A program made the position numbers and the translations under genes. Below the pieces are notes generated by a model. That model made no database searches and was not told the origin of the DNA. It saw nothing but the letters and a program-made list of their open reading frames with translations. Source: Octopus sinensis (taxonomy: Eukaryota). From it: a stretch of 64,000 bases of DNA. Shown here piece by piece: positions 26,486-41,437 of this stretch. Numbering within the stretch: position 1 is the stretch's first letter; each line of letters starts with the position of its first letter. The stretch is taken from contig NC_042997.1 of the NCBI RefSeq assembly GCF_006345805.1, positions 26,784,001-26,848,000 on the forward strand, read 5' to 3'.

Positions 26486-26971
26486 CGGTCATGCAATATA
26501 TATATATATATATATATATTCCTAGAGAATACTATTATTTCAGCCTATTTTATTACATATTTGCACGGCAAACCGAACTCCCGTGCATATAGTTGTAAAA
26601 GTCGGTTAATTCAATATACAATAACACCAAAATATGTATCTACATGCAATCATATATCGACAGATATCGCATTAGCATTTGGGAATAAAATAACTCTTTG
26701 AACTTAGGAATTGTTATATATGATAGTATGGTTCCATCTTTGGGAATTATACGTCATATGATACCGTGAACGTGCTTATATATTTGAGAATTTACTACAA
26801 AGCCTTTATAAGAATAATTATGTGAGTGACATAGGTTTGGAAGAATGCTGAAAACTGAGTGCATCTAAATGGTACAAAGGGTAGGTGGGAAAAATAAATG
26901 AATATTAATGTTGTAAAATAGCATTTCATGAATTGTGAAAATGAATTACTGAATCAAACCAAACAGTCGTT

Positions 26972-27021
<50 letters not shown>

Positions 27022-27023
<2 letters not shown>

Positions 27024-27222
27024 TGCAGCGTGGAAGGTCTTTATAAGCCATTTACGAAACACACAAAAACCGTTAGATTAGCAGCACGGAATTTTGTCAG
27101 TGAACAGGTCGCGGTCTCAAAGCGACGAAAATATTTTGGAAAATAAAATTTAAATGTTGAAGTGAATCTAACGGTTTCTGTGTGTCTCTTAAATGGCTTA
27201 TAAACACCTTCCACGCTGCAAT
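27022..27222. repeat. Imperfect fold-back, 58-bp arms, 85-nt loop, part of a short element extending to about 27283
   Basis: 27022-27079 pairs with 27165-27222 with a few mismatches; flanked by (GT)n and (AT)n. Confidence 0.85.
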
Positions 27223-27303
27223 CGTTTTCGTTCCAGCACACGATCCCAGATCAGGTCACTAACTATGCAAGTACATCTCCGTATGTATATATACATATAT
27301 ATA

Positions 27304-27384
<81 letters not shown>

Positions 27385-28159
27385 ATACGTGTGTATGCGT
27401 GTGCGTGGGTGCAAGTATGTGTGTGTAAATAGTTGGGTAGATAGATCGATAGAACTGAAGCTTTGCAAACGTGTTAGCATTCATTCGAAGATACTAAGTG
27501 TATATTTACTAAGCTAGATGTTTATCGCTACAGTACTGATCGTGGGCTAGGAAAAAGTACCAGAAACTCAGAAAATAGATAAATAATTTTCCCAGAAGCA
27601 CTAAAATATATGGTTAAGTCTAGTATTCTACCATACTGGTATATTTCATAGTCTTTCACATTGAGCACAAAGAATCAAAGTAACTGTGACTTGTTTGTTA
27701 AATAAAAGTGAAGAATTCTGCAGCAAAATATCATACCTCACTTTAAAGTGAAGTAAACGAAATTGTTTAAATCTTTTATTGCTTTCATAATTGTATTATA
27801 TATTTATATATTCAACATAGGAACAGCTGAACATTTCAAATATCGTTTAACCGTATTGACTCGAGAAATGACACTAAATAGTATTTATTGTTACTTAAAC
27901 AAATCTTTTCATCTGTTTGGATCCTATTCAAATATAAAAGTATATTTGTGTAGTGACAGCAAGTGGCAAGTAATTGGACAGTTCAGTGACATATATTTAA
28001 TACCAAGAAAACTAAAATATCTCAATGCTTTTGTATTCGAATCTAGACCATTATTCTTATTTTATGAAATATTTGGCATTTCAAGTGTTGTATTTACTCT
28101 TAAATAATACGCTTACATTTAATGTTTATAATCTTTGTTTGTTTTACTTTTGATTTCAG

Positions 28160-28207
28160 GAAAATATTATATCCCAAACATATGATGCGATTAAAACCTT
28201 GCTCCAG
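28160..28207 (+). CDS. Candidate internal exon (48 nt), unidentified protein
   Basis: ttttacttttgatttcag|G...CTCCAG|gtaaga, near-consensus splice sites, length divisible by 3. Open frames ENIISQTYDAIKTLLQ or KILYPKHMMRLKPCS. Confidence 0.5.
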
Positions 28208-30139
28208 GTAAGATATCGTAACATTTATCTTCCGTTTTTCTTTTTGTTGTTGACGTAGGTTACACTAGTAACTATTATATATATATATATATATATGGAA
28301 AAAAAGGTCTAGATAGAAAATGCTAAAACAATTTTATAAAAAAACATTTCAGTACCGGTTTCAGTCATTGAGACTCTTCAACTTTAAGTATGGAAAACAA
28401 TTGAATTTAGAAAAATATATAAAAGTTTTTAAATGTCTATTTGTAAAGTGTTCAAATACAAGTGGTATTTTCCTTGTTTCTGTCTGTCTCTGTCTCTGTT
28501 GTTTTTATATATATATATTAAAATGAGGAGGTGGGTATCTGTGTGTGAGAGAGAGAGAAAGAGAGAGAGGAAGAGGAGGTGAAGAGAGTTAGAATACGAA
28601 ACGGCTTAACTTCTAATAAAGTACGCTCAATGTCTATATTCTCGTTTTTGTATTGAATACTATTTTCTCTTACTTATAATTTCAAACCATAAGGAATTGT
28701 GTGTGTGTGTGTGGTGGGTGAGTGACTGTGTGTCTTCTGCCTGTGTACATGAATATGTGTGCGCGTTTGTGCACAAAACACTCAAACACACTCACGGATT
28801 GTAAATCGCCAATTACTGATATAAAATATTCTGAGATAAGTAAAGAATAATGGGACCATACCTCCATCGAGCGTAATATTTAATTGTCCCTTTCACATTA
28901 AAACATCTACTAATGATTGCGAATTTTTATGCGTGTGTCATTCTAGATTGCTGGAGTTTACTCAAATGAAACGAGTACCGCTGAGAGTTAATCCTATGGA
29001 TAAATGATAGACTATTCTGTTGAGGAAATTAATACTCTCAGTCAATTATACGCGTCGGGAACCGAGATAAGCTCAAAAGTTAATGAACTTACAGACATCT
29101 TACAGAGTTTGACTTTTCACTATATACAGTATGTGTATGTGTGCGTGTGTGTTTGTGTGTGTTTGTGTGTCTGTGTGTGTGTGTGCCTATGTCTGTGTGT
29201 GTGTGTGTAAGTGTGTGTGTTTGTATGTATCCATGCACGGATACATATGTAGAAACACGTAGATATATGTAAAGCTATATGGATATGTAAACATTTTTAA
29301 ATATTATAGCAGACATAATTATATCATAGAATGCCCACATCTTACATACAAACGTAAAAAATGCAACGGTATAAGTATACAAGACCACAGACACATATAC
29401 TTTATACATAAGAATGAAGAGAGGAAAGGGAGGTGAAAATTTAAATGCATGTATACACCATGAAGACATGATTACACCATGAATACATGTATACACCATG
29501 AAGACAAAAGTTAAACGAATGAGTCTACGACACAAGTGTCAAAATACAAAATAATGTGAAGGCAATTTAAGCGATAACAATAATTATACATAGACACACA
29601 CATACAGACACATTAATGCATAAATATATGTAAAAGTATGCATGCAAGCAGCAATATGCATATCTGTTCATATACCTACATGCCTCCAACCATGCATATG
29701 TGTGTGTTTGTACACATGTTTACATACTGATAATACATGTTAAAAGTTAGTCAACTTCCAACATCTCTCATTCTCTCTGTACGCATAACAATCTAATTGG
29801 GCGAAAACATAGTTTCGTAGATTCTGTATTACACGTCTTTTATAAGTGTTACTCTGTTGTTTATTAAAAAAAATAAAATATGCTGAAACAATTATAGGTT
29901 GATATTGATGTCTAAATCCCGAGAATGTGAAACGAGATGTGCCATCCCAGTCAATATGCGTGTAACTTCGTATGTTCTGTGATCTAAATATTATTGATAA
30001 CCTGTTGTTAAAATGCATATGCATGTGTTTGTGTGCATTAAGAGAATAGTGTAGAACTCGATATGCATATGCTTCAGAACGAAACGTTAGTCGAATATTG
30101 AGCGGATATAAGAAACGTTAGTCCAATATAGAGCGGATT

Positions 30140-31210
30140 GAGTAAGTTGTATCCAGGTACAGGTGGCTTAGGCTGTATCCATGCATAGGTGGCTTATCTG
30201 ATATTCCTTGAAGAAATTTGTCCAGGTTCCATTTAAAGGTAATGGGCCCCTTCTCTTCTTTGATCTGTTTCGAGACAATGTTAAATAGGGCAGGGCCTGC
30301 TGAGGAAATGAAATTGTGCTGCAGTGTACTTATGTGTCGAGATCCTGAACTGAGTAGGGGACGTATGGCTCGTGCTCCTAGCCTTGGATGAATTTTAAAG
30401 CTAATGCTGAGGTCACTTGGGCAATGCTGATGGTCTAGTCATGCAAATGATGTATCGCTCACGGCAGAGCTCCAGAGAATAGTGTTTCAATGCTTTAAGG
30501 CGGTCCAAGTAATCGAGATCAGTCATCCCCTTAATTAATTTAGTGAATGAACTCTGGGTGATTCAATTTTCGAGATGTTTGTTATGTATGGGGGCTTCAG
30601 TATTCGAGGTGTAGCCGTACAAAGGATCAGATTAGTGGAATGATGACGCCTCGTTCTTTAGACCGGAAGGTTCTTGGGATCCAGAAGCTCATCCACGAGC
30701 TATATCGACCTTATTGCTGTGGGCACTCCTACCGAGATTGTTATCAACAATTACTCCTAGGTCTCTGATATTATTAGATGCTGTGAGAGTTTCCCTGAAG
30801 GAAGAGAGTATGTTTGTTTTAGCATAGTTTTTTTCCAAAATCCATCAGTTCAAATTTTCCTCCTTTTAGCTGCATTTTGTTTTTGTCTGCCCATTGATTC
30901 ACAGCATGTAGATCAGATTGGAATTGATCTTCTTCTTCATTGATAATCTTCTGGAGCTTAGAGTCATCAGCGAATATTTTCACTTTGCTGTGTTTTATAT
31001 ATATCATATGTATTGATTATTTCACTTAAACGGTCCCTGATCCAATTCCAGAGCCAGAATTAATTTTTTAAATATTTGCATCGTAAGCTTGAAATTCTGG
31101 GCTTAATGTCTCTACGTAGCATCTTTAGTTATTGTCCTTTATATACTAAGCGCTGGGTTTGACCCCAGTGTTAGGAATGTGGGTGATTGGATTGTACCTG
31201 TAACCGGAAA
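30140..31210 (-). mobile_element. CR1/L2/Jockey-group LINE, decayed RT and 3' region
   Basis: IKHSKVKIFADDSKLQKIINEEEDQFQSDLHAVNQWADKNKMQLKGGKFE (FADD motif, LQ.DL....W...N.M.LN pattern), then SSNIRDLGVIVDNNL. Confidence 0.85.
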
Positions 31211-31635
31211 AAGTATCGGATGGATTCTACAAGTAGTTCCATGTACCAGTGTTTCAACATCTTGCGTCATACAGATTCAGTTTGAGACTTATCTTAAATA
31301 TATAAGATCGGAAATATTCCCCTCTAACGTATTATTTCAATGAATTGCTAGTAGAGTTCGCATCATCGGAGCAGCTGAATCGTCATAGGCGACGAAATAA
31401 GGGATCAAGAAGCGTTGATTGTTATGTAGGATTGCTATGCAGAATAAGGTAGCGTTGTTTATGTTTCGACTTACTATTTTGTTGTTAGTTGTAAAAAGTG
31501 TCACATGAGAAAAAATCCCCACAACAACACTCGGGTGAAACGTCTAACCTTAGCAATCAGATTTAACGTGGTCTCTAGCGATAAATATGGTCTTATTAAA
31601 TATCACAGAATTTTGTGCTTTAATAACCATGAGTT

Positions 31636-32421
31636 TTCTGTAGATTGCTTAGCAACCACATGGTTCCGGGTTCAGTCCCATTGCGTGCCACCTTGGGCAA
31701 ATATTTTTTCTTATAGCCTCGGACCGACCAAAGCCTTGTGAGTGGATATGGTAGACGGAAACTGAAAGAAGGCCGTCGTATATATGCATATATATGCATA
31801 TATATATGCATATATATAGAGGCGCAGGAGTGGCTGTGTGGCAAGTAGCTTGCTAACCAACCACATGGTTCCGGGTTCAGTCCCACTGCGTGGCATCTTG
31901 GGCAAGTGTCTTCTGCTATAGCCTCGGGCCGACCAATGCCTTGTGAGTGGATCTGGTAGACGGAAACTGAAAGAAGCCTGTCGTATATATGTATATATAT
32001 ATATAAGTGTGTGTGTATATGTTTGTGTGTCTGTGTTTGTCCCCCTAGCATTCCTTGACAACCGATGGTGGTGTGTTTACGTCCCCGTCACTTAGCGGTT
32101 CGGCAAAAGAGACCGATAGAATAAGTACTGGGCTTACAAAGAATAAGTCCCGGGGTCAATTTGCTCGACTAAAGGCGGTGCTCCAGCATGGCCGCAGTCA
32201 AATGACTGAAACAAGTAAAAGAGTAAAAGAGTAAAGATATATATATATGTTTGTGTGTGTGTGTGTGCGTGTGTCCAACATCGCTTGTCAACCGGTGCTG
32301 GTGTGTTTACGTCCCCGTAACTTAGCGGTCTGGCAAATCAGACCGATAGAATAAGTACTAGGCAAACAAAGAATAAGTCCTGGGGTTGATTTGTTCGACT
32401 AAAAGTGGTGCTCCAGCATGG
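31636..32421 (+). mobile_element. Nested SINE family A cluster (head-head-tail-tail)
   Basis: Heads at about 31636-31780 and 31821-31985; 3' modules at about 32030-32232 and 32275-32421. Confidence 0.9.
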
Positions 32422-32789
32422 CCGCACTCAAATGAGTGAAACAAGTAAAAGAATAAAAGAATTACTTTTGCTTTATTTGCTTGTCGAGGTTTCTTTAACC
32501 CTGTTTGTTCTTCCATCTCTTTAGATTTTCCCTCTTCGTTTTGTCCTACGTTTTAATGTATAAAATACACGTAAAATACAACGTAAATATTAAGCAATAT
32601 ACTTAATAAATTCTTAGTAGAAAACAGAATGCATTAAGCAAATTATATTATGTGTGACTCTAACTCAGAAAGGTGAGTGAACTACAGATCATATGGCCGT
32701 GAGTGTAATCCATTGTATGGATGGAGAGTTGGCCCTTGAGAAAATTATTTCCTTTGATATTGTTCCAGTCCACTCAACTGAAATTAGCT

Positions 32790-33174
32790 GATGGAAGCAC
32801 TCTGTCGGTTACGACGACGAGGGTTCCGGTTGATCCGATCAACGGAACAGCCTGCTCGTGAAATTAACGTGCAAGTGGCTGAGCACTCCACAGACACGTG
32901 TACCCTTAATGTAGTTCTCAGGGATATTCAGCGTAACACAGAGAGTGACAAGGCCGGCCCTTTAAAATACAGGTACAACAGAAACAGGAAGTAAGAGTGA
33001 GAGAAAGTTGTGGTGAAAGAGTACAGCAGGGATCACCACCATCCCCTGCCAGAGCCTCGTGGAGCTTTTTAGGTGTCTTCGCTCAATAAACACTCACAAC
33101 GCCCGGTCTGGGAATCGAAACCGCGATCCTACGACCGCGAGTCCGCTGCCCTAACCACTGGGCCATTGCGCCTC
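32790..33174 (-). mobile_element. Full-length SINE family B with 12-bp TSD
   Basis: Near-identical to 14653-15039. TSD ctgaaattagct at 32778-32789 and 33175-33186. Confidence 0.92.
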
Positions 33175-34883
33175 CTGAAATTAGCTATGACGACTATAAA
33201 CCAGATCGCTGTGCTTTAGGTTTGTACTCTTTACTGCGGAATATCACAGATGAGATATCTAATGGGAGAGGGTTTGCTGGTTCATTTTTTCTTTTCGCAC
33301 TTAGACGAGGGTGGTGGTCCGAGGGGACGTGTATTTCTTCTTGGAACACAAGCATCTAAAACAATTCACGAAACCAAGGTACATGTAACAAAAACATAGT
33401 CGTCCACGAGTTATGGCTGGGTGTACAAGCTCTCTGGCTTCATGTTCTTTATTACTATTTCCTTTAGTTTATTTTCTTCTCTCTGCGTGTCATAAACTGT
33501 GTCATTTAGCGTATTTCTTCTATCTTGTACGCATTTTATTTTCCTTCTCTCTGAGTTTGTATACGTCTTTCCATATCACTCAATTGTTACTTTTGCAATA
33601 AATGTTAACTTATTTTATCCGGGCTTCTTATTATTTCAAATTCCAATAACGTATCATTGAATTTCATGTCTGATACGGCAGTTTATATTAGACGAGCCAC
33701 AGAAAGTAACAGATAACAGATTTGTATATAAATATTGGTATTTTGGTTATTATCGTTAAGATAACTTGCATTTATATTAATTCTAACATTCTTATGAGAC
33801 TTCCTTTAATATTCCTAATTCACATAAGTGGAAGACTCTTAAATAAAGGGCAATTTCAAGATATATGGTATACGACTTGCAGATCAAAAAAGCCTTATAT
33901 TACATTTCTTAAGATCAAAGGTTTGCTATATCCCCAACTGTGTTTATCGAAAATGATAGCTTACATCGTCTTGTTGCGCCATTTCCAATGCAATTGCATC
34001 GGTTTAACATTTAGCGACTGTTACATAACTACAGCACTGTATATTTATGATGTTCCGGGATGCTTTATGTCCCTTGATCGTATTACGATAAATCGTAATA
34101 TGTGGCTTTTGGTTTTCTGTTTCATTCTCTTAAGATTATATTATTGTCAAGAAGTTAACCAAGGCATGAAAGTTATCCCATAGATTTGGTTATAATGAGA
34201 TGATCAAGAGAATTATGATGATCTCAACTTATAAATTTAGAAAAATGGGGAGGCGGCTTTTCTCCAGTTGTTGGTCTAATCTGACTGGTGAGATAGATGC
34301 AAGTGATACATGTTCGTAAGTCCTCGGGGTCAATGCTTGTTGGGAAAAAATAAATGGTTGTGAGAAACAGGGAACATGCATCAATGCTTGCGAAAGAGGT
34401 ATCTCAATTCAAGGCATGCAAGAAAGTTTTATGAGGTGGTGCACTGAAGTCTACAACCTAAAGTGTAGTTGTCGAAAGCCATGAAATAAACTTAAAGGGA
34501 ACTTGACGGTACTTCTCTAGTGATATTTTCTATATATTTAATATTCATGATTTCAACGACTAACAAACATAAGTAATGTTATTTTTTAAACTACGCTCAT
34601 TGATTCCATAACTTATTTTCGGTTTGTGTGTATAGCTATTTGATTTTGACTGAAAATCTTCCGAAATCTACATGCAATTGCAATTAGGTCAATAGAAACT
34701 AGTGAATTGTTCTCTATCTTTTCTGTGTATCTCACCTTTATTCTTTCTTTTTTTTCTTTCCTTGTGTCGTATTCATCGGATTTGATTCGTTTATCTTCTC
34801 CTTGTTTTGTCACGTAATTTTGTAGAAGACTTCTGTGATTCGCTCTTAACAAAGAGCATGACACTCTTCATTTTACCTACATC

Positions 34884-34968
<85 letters not shown>

Positions 34969-36899
34969 TTTTATTCATTTCGTTATGTTCCTTCCAATTT
35001 ATAAAACTGAAAATTTAGGCACCAAACATGAAGCGTTTGTGCTTCTGTAGTTTTCTGCTCGAATTCTGATACCAATTCGTTTTATTTAGCTGTGTTATGT
35101 AAGTAGGCTTTACTTGTATATCAAACATTTCATATAGACAATGATGTCACGTAGGATAGGTACGTTATAATTTTAGCAGTATGTCAGTCACGCCCACCAA
35201 CAGATATACGAGCAAAGACATTCCTGTCGTAACTTACATTACCAATTACTATTATAATATTTTCTTTCTAGCCATAGTGTAATTTGGACTACATTGTCTA
35301 AAGTTACTGCCCATTCTATATTTTTTAAGACGAGACGTATGATGAATGATTTAGTTGCGATATGGCTTCTATTTCTTGCACACTGAGTCTTGGCTATGCT
35401 GGTTTGTTAGTTTGTTTATCAATCAACTTACAATATTTACTATATATTGCATTGTATTTCTGGTTGTTGGTCCAGTTACATTTATCACTTATGATTTGTA
35501 TTGTAGTATATCTGCTTTTCCTAGTTACATATATATTATCCAGTATATCTAGTTGTTATGTAGGTCTAAGAGAGATTCGATCCATCTTAGATCAAATATG
35601 TTCCCCTTGTAAATAACCCACCATTCTATTCCCACAAATCGGAGAGTACATGCGCACATCCCTTTTAATAACTAAAAGATTTAACTTAAAGATTTGGCTA
35701 TTTCTGATAGCCCCAGCGACATAACAATGAGCGCTTTCGGTGGCAAATGAGTCATTCCTTTTTATAGTCTGCTTGTTGCTAAAAGTTACCTGAGATATAG
35801 ATTAAATTGCAGATATATTATATCTGTGAATTTATATTATCTATCAAAGTGTATTGGTTTGTTTACATTATACAACTGTTATAAATATTTCAAGTCATGT
35901 ATCGTATTGTATATGCTCGTATGATGTGACGATAATAGTAATATATAATCAATTATAATATAACATACCGGCATATCTGATGGTATATTATAAATTTTAC
36001 GTATAATGTAAATAATATAATAGTAGATACTATAGTTTATCATTCGTATCAATAACCATGCATAGCAGTCGTGTTATTTCTTCTGGCTCTGAGTTCAAAT
36101 CTTGCTGAGGTCGATTTTGTGTTTCATCTCTTCGGCGGATCTGGTTGATATAAACAATTTTTCCCCTTCTTGTGATTTCGGATCTTATTAATATTCTACA
36201 AACAAATTTTATTATTGTTGTTATTATTATTATTGTACTGGGGTCAATGTAATCGACTAGTCCACTCCTTCCCCAAAAATACTAGGCCTTGTGCCTTTAG
36301 TACAAAGGATTGTTTTTGTTGTTGTTGTCACCCACTTAGTTTGTCACAATAGTCGAAGATGAGTTGGAAATTCCACGAGTTTCTATTTTGTTTCCCTTTT
36401 TGCAAACTTGCTTTTCTTAACTTATTTGTTTCACCATCTTTCTTAGTTGACTAGAATCGCAAGGGACTGATTAACTGATTTTGGTACTTGCCTTAGAAGG
36501 AAAAATTCTAAAATACATTCTTTCAAGACATGGGAAAGACGGTGGAAGGAGACCTAGAAGGTGATACCGTCTTTCGTGGTCAAGTTCCACCTTTATATAT
36601 CACAGACGAATTATTAATAAAAAATACAGTAACAGCTGTATAAGTAGCAGCAACAATGGTATCAGAAACAACACTAACAGCAACAGCAGAACCAATAACC
36701 TGTCAAAGAGATTAGGAGAATTAACGACAAGGGAGAAGACAGAAATGCTACCATGTCCATCCACTCTTATCACAGCAAACTATAGGAGCGCAAAATAAAA
36801 GCAACAATAACTAATCATATAATAAGCAGCAATTATCACAGAAGTAAATTAAGTGGGCTTTTATCACATTCCTCTTCTATTAGACACGGCGTCATTTAT

Positions 36900-37200
36900 A
36901 ATAGGAGCCTTACATGCGCGCAACCTGCGTACATCGTAGTAGTAAGGCTCGACGACCTTAGGTCACTAAATATAAATGTTGTGGTCATAAGCGAGGATAG
37001 AATTTCCGAGTCATAAGGTTTTATAAATATTTTGGGTCTATACGAGATGTATGCATCTCCAAGTCGATCAGGTCAGGGAAGTGTATGCCTATGTTATTTG
37101 GAAAGGGTCTCGCGGTACAGAGTATTTTCATGAACCTAGAAGGTAAGCTGTTGGTACTGGACTTGAAAAGAAATTACGAAGATTCCTTAAGTTAGCATAT
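36900..37200 (+). mobile_element. Decayed L1/Tx1-like apurinic endonuclease fragment
   Basis: LDDLRSLNINVVVISEDRISES...YEMYASPSRSG...LFGKGL...IFMNLEGKLLVLDL resembles the APE N-terminus (D...ISET...GV..LF.K...D..GR). Confidence 0.45.
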
Positions 37201-37742
37201 GTCTATCCCTAAAATAGGTAGGGTAATAAGACTTCTTCTGATGAATGGAGACTTTCCTCGATATTCCCACAAACCACAAATGTTATTGGAGGATTGAGTT
37301 TTCCACGACTGATGTTGCACAGACATACGCCGAGGTAGAGACCTCTCTTAGATGTTGAGCAGGTGTGGTCACCGTTTTCAGACGCAATTTTTCACAGCTC
37401 GTATCTATGATACAGGCGTGGATCAAGTATAGACAAAGACAGGACGCCTGACATATACAACGTCAAAAGTCGCTCACAGCTCTTTGGTGGCCGGGCATTT
37501 TAAATTATAGAGAATAAGTGGTGGACAAGAGTGATAACATTCTCAGAAAGAACAATATACTTCAAAATTTTATTATGTATATTTCTTTGACATATTCATG
37601 ATAATCTATTTGGACTGATGCATCTACTTAGAGGCATTTCTTTTATCTTGTTGAATTTTACAATGATATCCGGCCAGTTTATCTCGATCTCTGTCTACGC
37701 ATATTTGCATATCCAGAGTAGTCTTGCTTTCTCATCCTCGTA

Positions 37743-38468
<726 letters not shown>

Positions 38469-38529
38469 GATAGTCTAATATAAGGGAGGTATTGTTTAGT
38501 CTACATCTTATATTCCATAGTTAGTTACT

Positions 38530-38830
38530 GAATTCTGCTTTTCTTGTTTTCGCGGTGTGTGCCTCAATTAAGAATGCGTCAGTCTCTGCTTTTTGTCATG
38601 CTCCTGTCAAACAATGTTGCAGTTTTTCCATTTCTACTTCACTGACATCTTTTTTTTTTACAAGCACAAGTTATGTATGGTGTATTTTATAATCAACTTA
38701 ACCTGGCATTCTGAAGCTCCAATTTTAGCTTAGATTTTAGCCTTTTCCATTTATTCTGGTGTTACTTTTTATCTTTTCTGACCTATCATTTCATCCTGAG
38801 TTTCATTGTATCTGCTGCCTTCCTTGACAA
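38530..38830 (-). mobile_element. Possible R4/Dong-like fragment
   Basis: rc peptide ...QKAETDAFLIEAHT resembles LKAETEGFIIAAQD; heavily decayed. Confidence 0.3.
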
Positions 38831-39906
38831 CACGAAACACTACTTGAATTATCCGTACTTTCTATCTATGTATTTTACGAATTTCTAAATACTTCTTTAT
38901 TGGATATCTTGTAGTCCTATAATGAATATTATAAACCACATTTCTAGCGGCATTACGCATCTTCTACACTATTCGCGGTAAATGTATTTGTCATTGTTTT
39001 CTCTTCTTCTGTGACTAATACAAAGAATCACAGTCAAAGAACTGGCTTTTGTCGACAATACATGCCCCGGAAAGAGATCTATAAATTTCTGGAGAGCGAT
39101 TGATGTAATTGGTATAATTTGTTGGAAGTCAGGCTAATTAATCACATCTCTATATTTCAAGTTCTAAATTCGGAATATTTGAGTGTAAGCAAACACCAAA
39201 ATATGAAGCATTTTACCTAAGCCAGTACAACTAGCTGTAAGAGTGTAGATAAGAAGAACGTGTGTAGTGGCATAGAAATTGATTTCTGATTTATAATTAC
39301 CTCTCTTTATCCTTTCAAACTAAGCAAAGTCTTTTGCGACAAATTTTTGGCAATAATCTCCGATAATTTCATTTTAGCCAACTCTGAAATGTTGTTAGAC
39401 TTAAAATATGGAAAAGACACGAATATAAATAAGTCACTAGTATATACATGTTCTTTTATAACGGCGGCAGTATCGAATAAAGCATTTATTGAAAATCTAT
39501 GTTGAAACCATTATCAAGTTTCCTGTTATATTTCTTTTTTCTGTCTTTTTTTTTTATTTGTAGCAAGATTATCATCAATTTGCATCTGTTTTGATCTATT
39601 TCAGCATTAAATAGGTTATTAATATGAAACTATGACAGATAAAAGAAATACTTAAAAATATATTTCTTTATATTTCTTCTACCTTATGTGTATATACGTA
39701 TGTTTGTAGACAGGTATGTGCTGTATGTTTGCATGTATGTATATCATAGATATATATACGTCTGTATGATTGTGTTTGGCAATTTGCTAATTGTATTAGT
39801 AGTCCTACTTTTAAATTCTAGATATATTTTGCTGAGTCCCTTTATGCGAATGTGTGTGTATGTGTAATTATATATAGGTAGAGGATGAGAAGGAAATAGA
39901 AAGAGA

Positions 39907-39956
<50 letters not shown>

Positions 39957-41085
39957 AGACAGAGAAATACATTAATTAATGCTAGTGTGCAACATCTTAT
40001 CGCGTTATCGCAGCCATTACATGAAGATTTTAACAACTAGATTTTAGTACTGATATTGTAAAGCTGAATTGTAATACACACATATAAGCATACATTCATA
40101 TGTAGGCACACACTCACATGCACATACATGTGTATATGTGTATGTGTGTGTGTGTGTGTAGATACATATATTACATACTTATATACACACACATACACGC
40201 GCCTACATATGCTCGTACTTGTGTTTGAATTACGATTTAATATTTCTCGTTATCTTTAAGTGGTGTTATAAATATATCATCTATGATGTAGCAGGGCATA
40301 TTAAATGAATATCATCGTTAACCTAAGTAAAGATGCAGATTAAAATTCATATGTGCTTCTTCGTGTGTGTTTCTGAGTTTGTGTTTGTGGGTATATCTGT
40401 GTGCCTGATGCATGCGAGTGCAACTATGCACATGATTTTGTGGGACTGTGGCATATACAGAAGCATTCTTTCAATTTACAAAAACGCTGTACGCTTTTGA
40501 TTTACTGCGCTTCAAATGCAGATAATTAAATTTTTTGCAGATCTTCAAATTTATAACATTCGGTAAATAATATATATTAATGTAGAGAAAAGTAATTTTA
40601 ATTTAACAATGTCAATTTATTTAGGAATATGTACGTATGTATAATTTTTTAACCTGTAACTACTTTCACTCATTGAAATACGGCCATGCTGATGCACCGA
40701 CTTGAGTGCTTTAGTCGAACAAATCGACTCCCGTACATATGGCCAACTCCAAAATAAAGAAAAAACGGAGAAAAGCACGTGTGTCGTTATATGGATGAAA
40801 AATAAGTGACGGAAGTTGTAAAGATATAAAGAATGTGTTTTTTTTAAGACGGAAGAGTGCAAAACCGCCAATGAGTGTGGGCGGGATACGTGTGGAGCGA
40901 TACTGTGTGTGTGTGGAGTGTATATGTGTATGTATCTCTTTTATGTGTGTATGTACGATTAAGAGTGGCGAGAAACGGATGCGGGGAAACAGACAGAGCC
41001 GATCGGTGAGCAACTCACCATGGTCAAAGCTGGAGGGATATCCGTGACGAATAAACATACGTGTGAAGTATTGAGATCTCTCTCT

Positions 41086-41155
<70 letters not shown>

Positions 41156-41227
41156 GGGAGAATTCACAAAAACAACAAAAGATGAAGACAGGTGGTGTAG
41201 ACAATAACGTTCGGGAAGTGAAAAAGT

Positions 41228-41262
41228 CTTTAACGTTTCGAGCCTACGCTCTCCCACAGAAG
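41228..41262 (-). ncRNA. Degenerate minimal hammerhead-like motif in a short repeat (about 41155-41310) between (AT)n runs
   Basis: rc: ctt-CTGTGGGA-GAGC-gtag-GCTC-GAAA-cgt-TA-aag. Stem I ctt/aag, stem II 4 bp, palindrome AACGTT. The CUGANGA box is mutated. Confidence 0.45.
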
Positions 41263-41327
41263 GGAACACAGAAAGAAACAAGGAGAGAAAATAAAGAATG
41301 TGTACTGACTATATATATATGTATATA

Positions 41328-41437
<110 letters not shown>

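Noticed and set aside
29445-29510. Three copies of a roughly 19-bp unit (tacaccatgaagacatg)
   Set aside because: Ordinary short minisatellite; too few units and no spacers, so not CRISPR-like.
30080-30140. Two copies of gaaacgttagtc.aata..gagcggat
   Set aside because: GAAACGTT recalls a hammerhead half, but no CUGANGA box lies upstream; treated as a small tandem duplication.
25991-34015. Minus-strand exon candidates YNKIWYVILKQ (about 25992-26026) and SLNVKPMQLHWKWRNKT (about 33963-34015)
   Set aside because: Phases are incompatible with each other and with 14576-14625, one acceptor is weak, and no protein was recognised.
33722-34183. 153-aa plus-strand ORF
   Set aside because: Hydrophobic low-information composition typical of AT-rich noncoding DNA; no motif.
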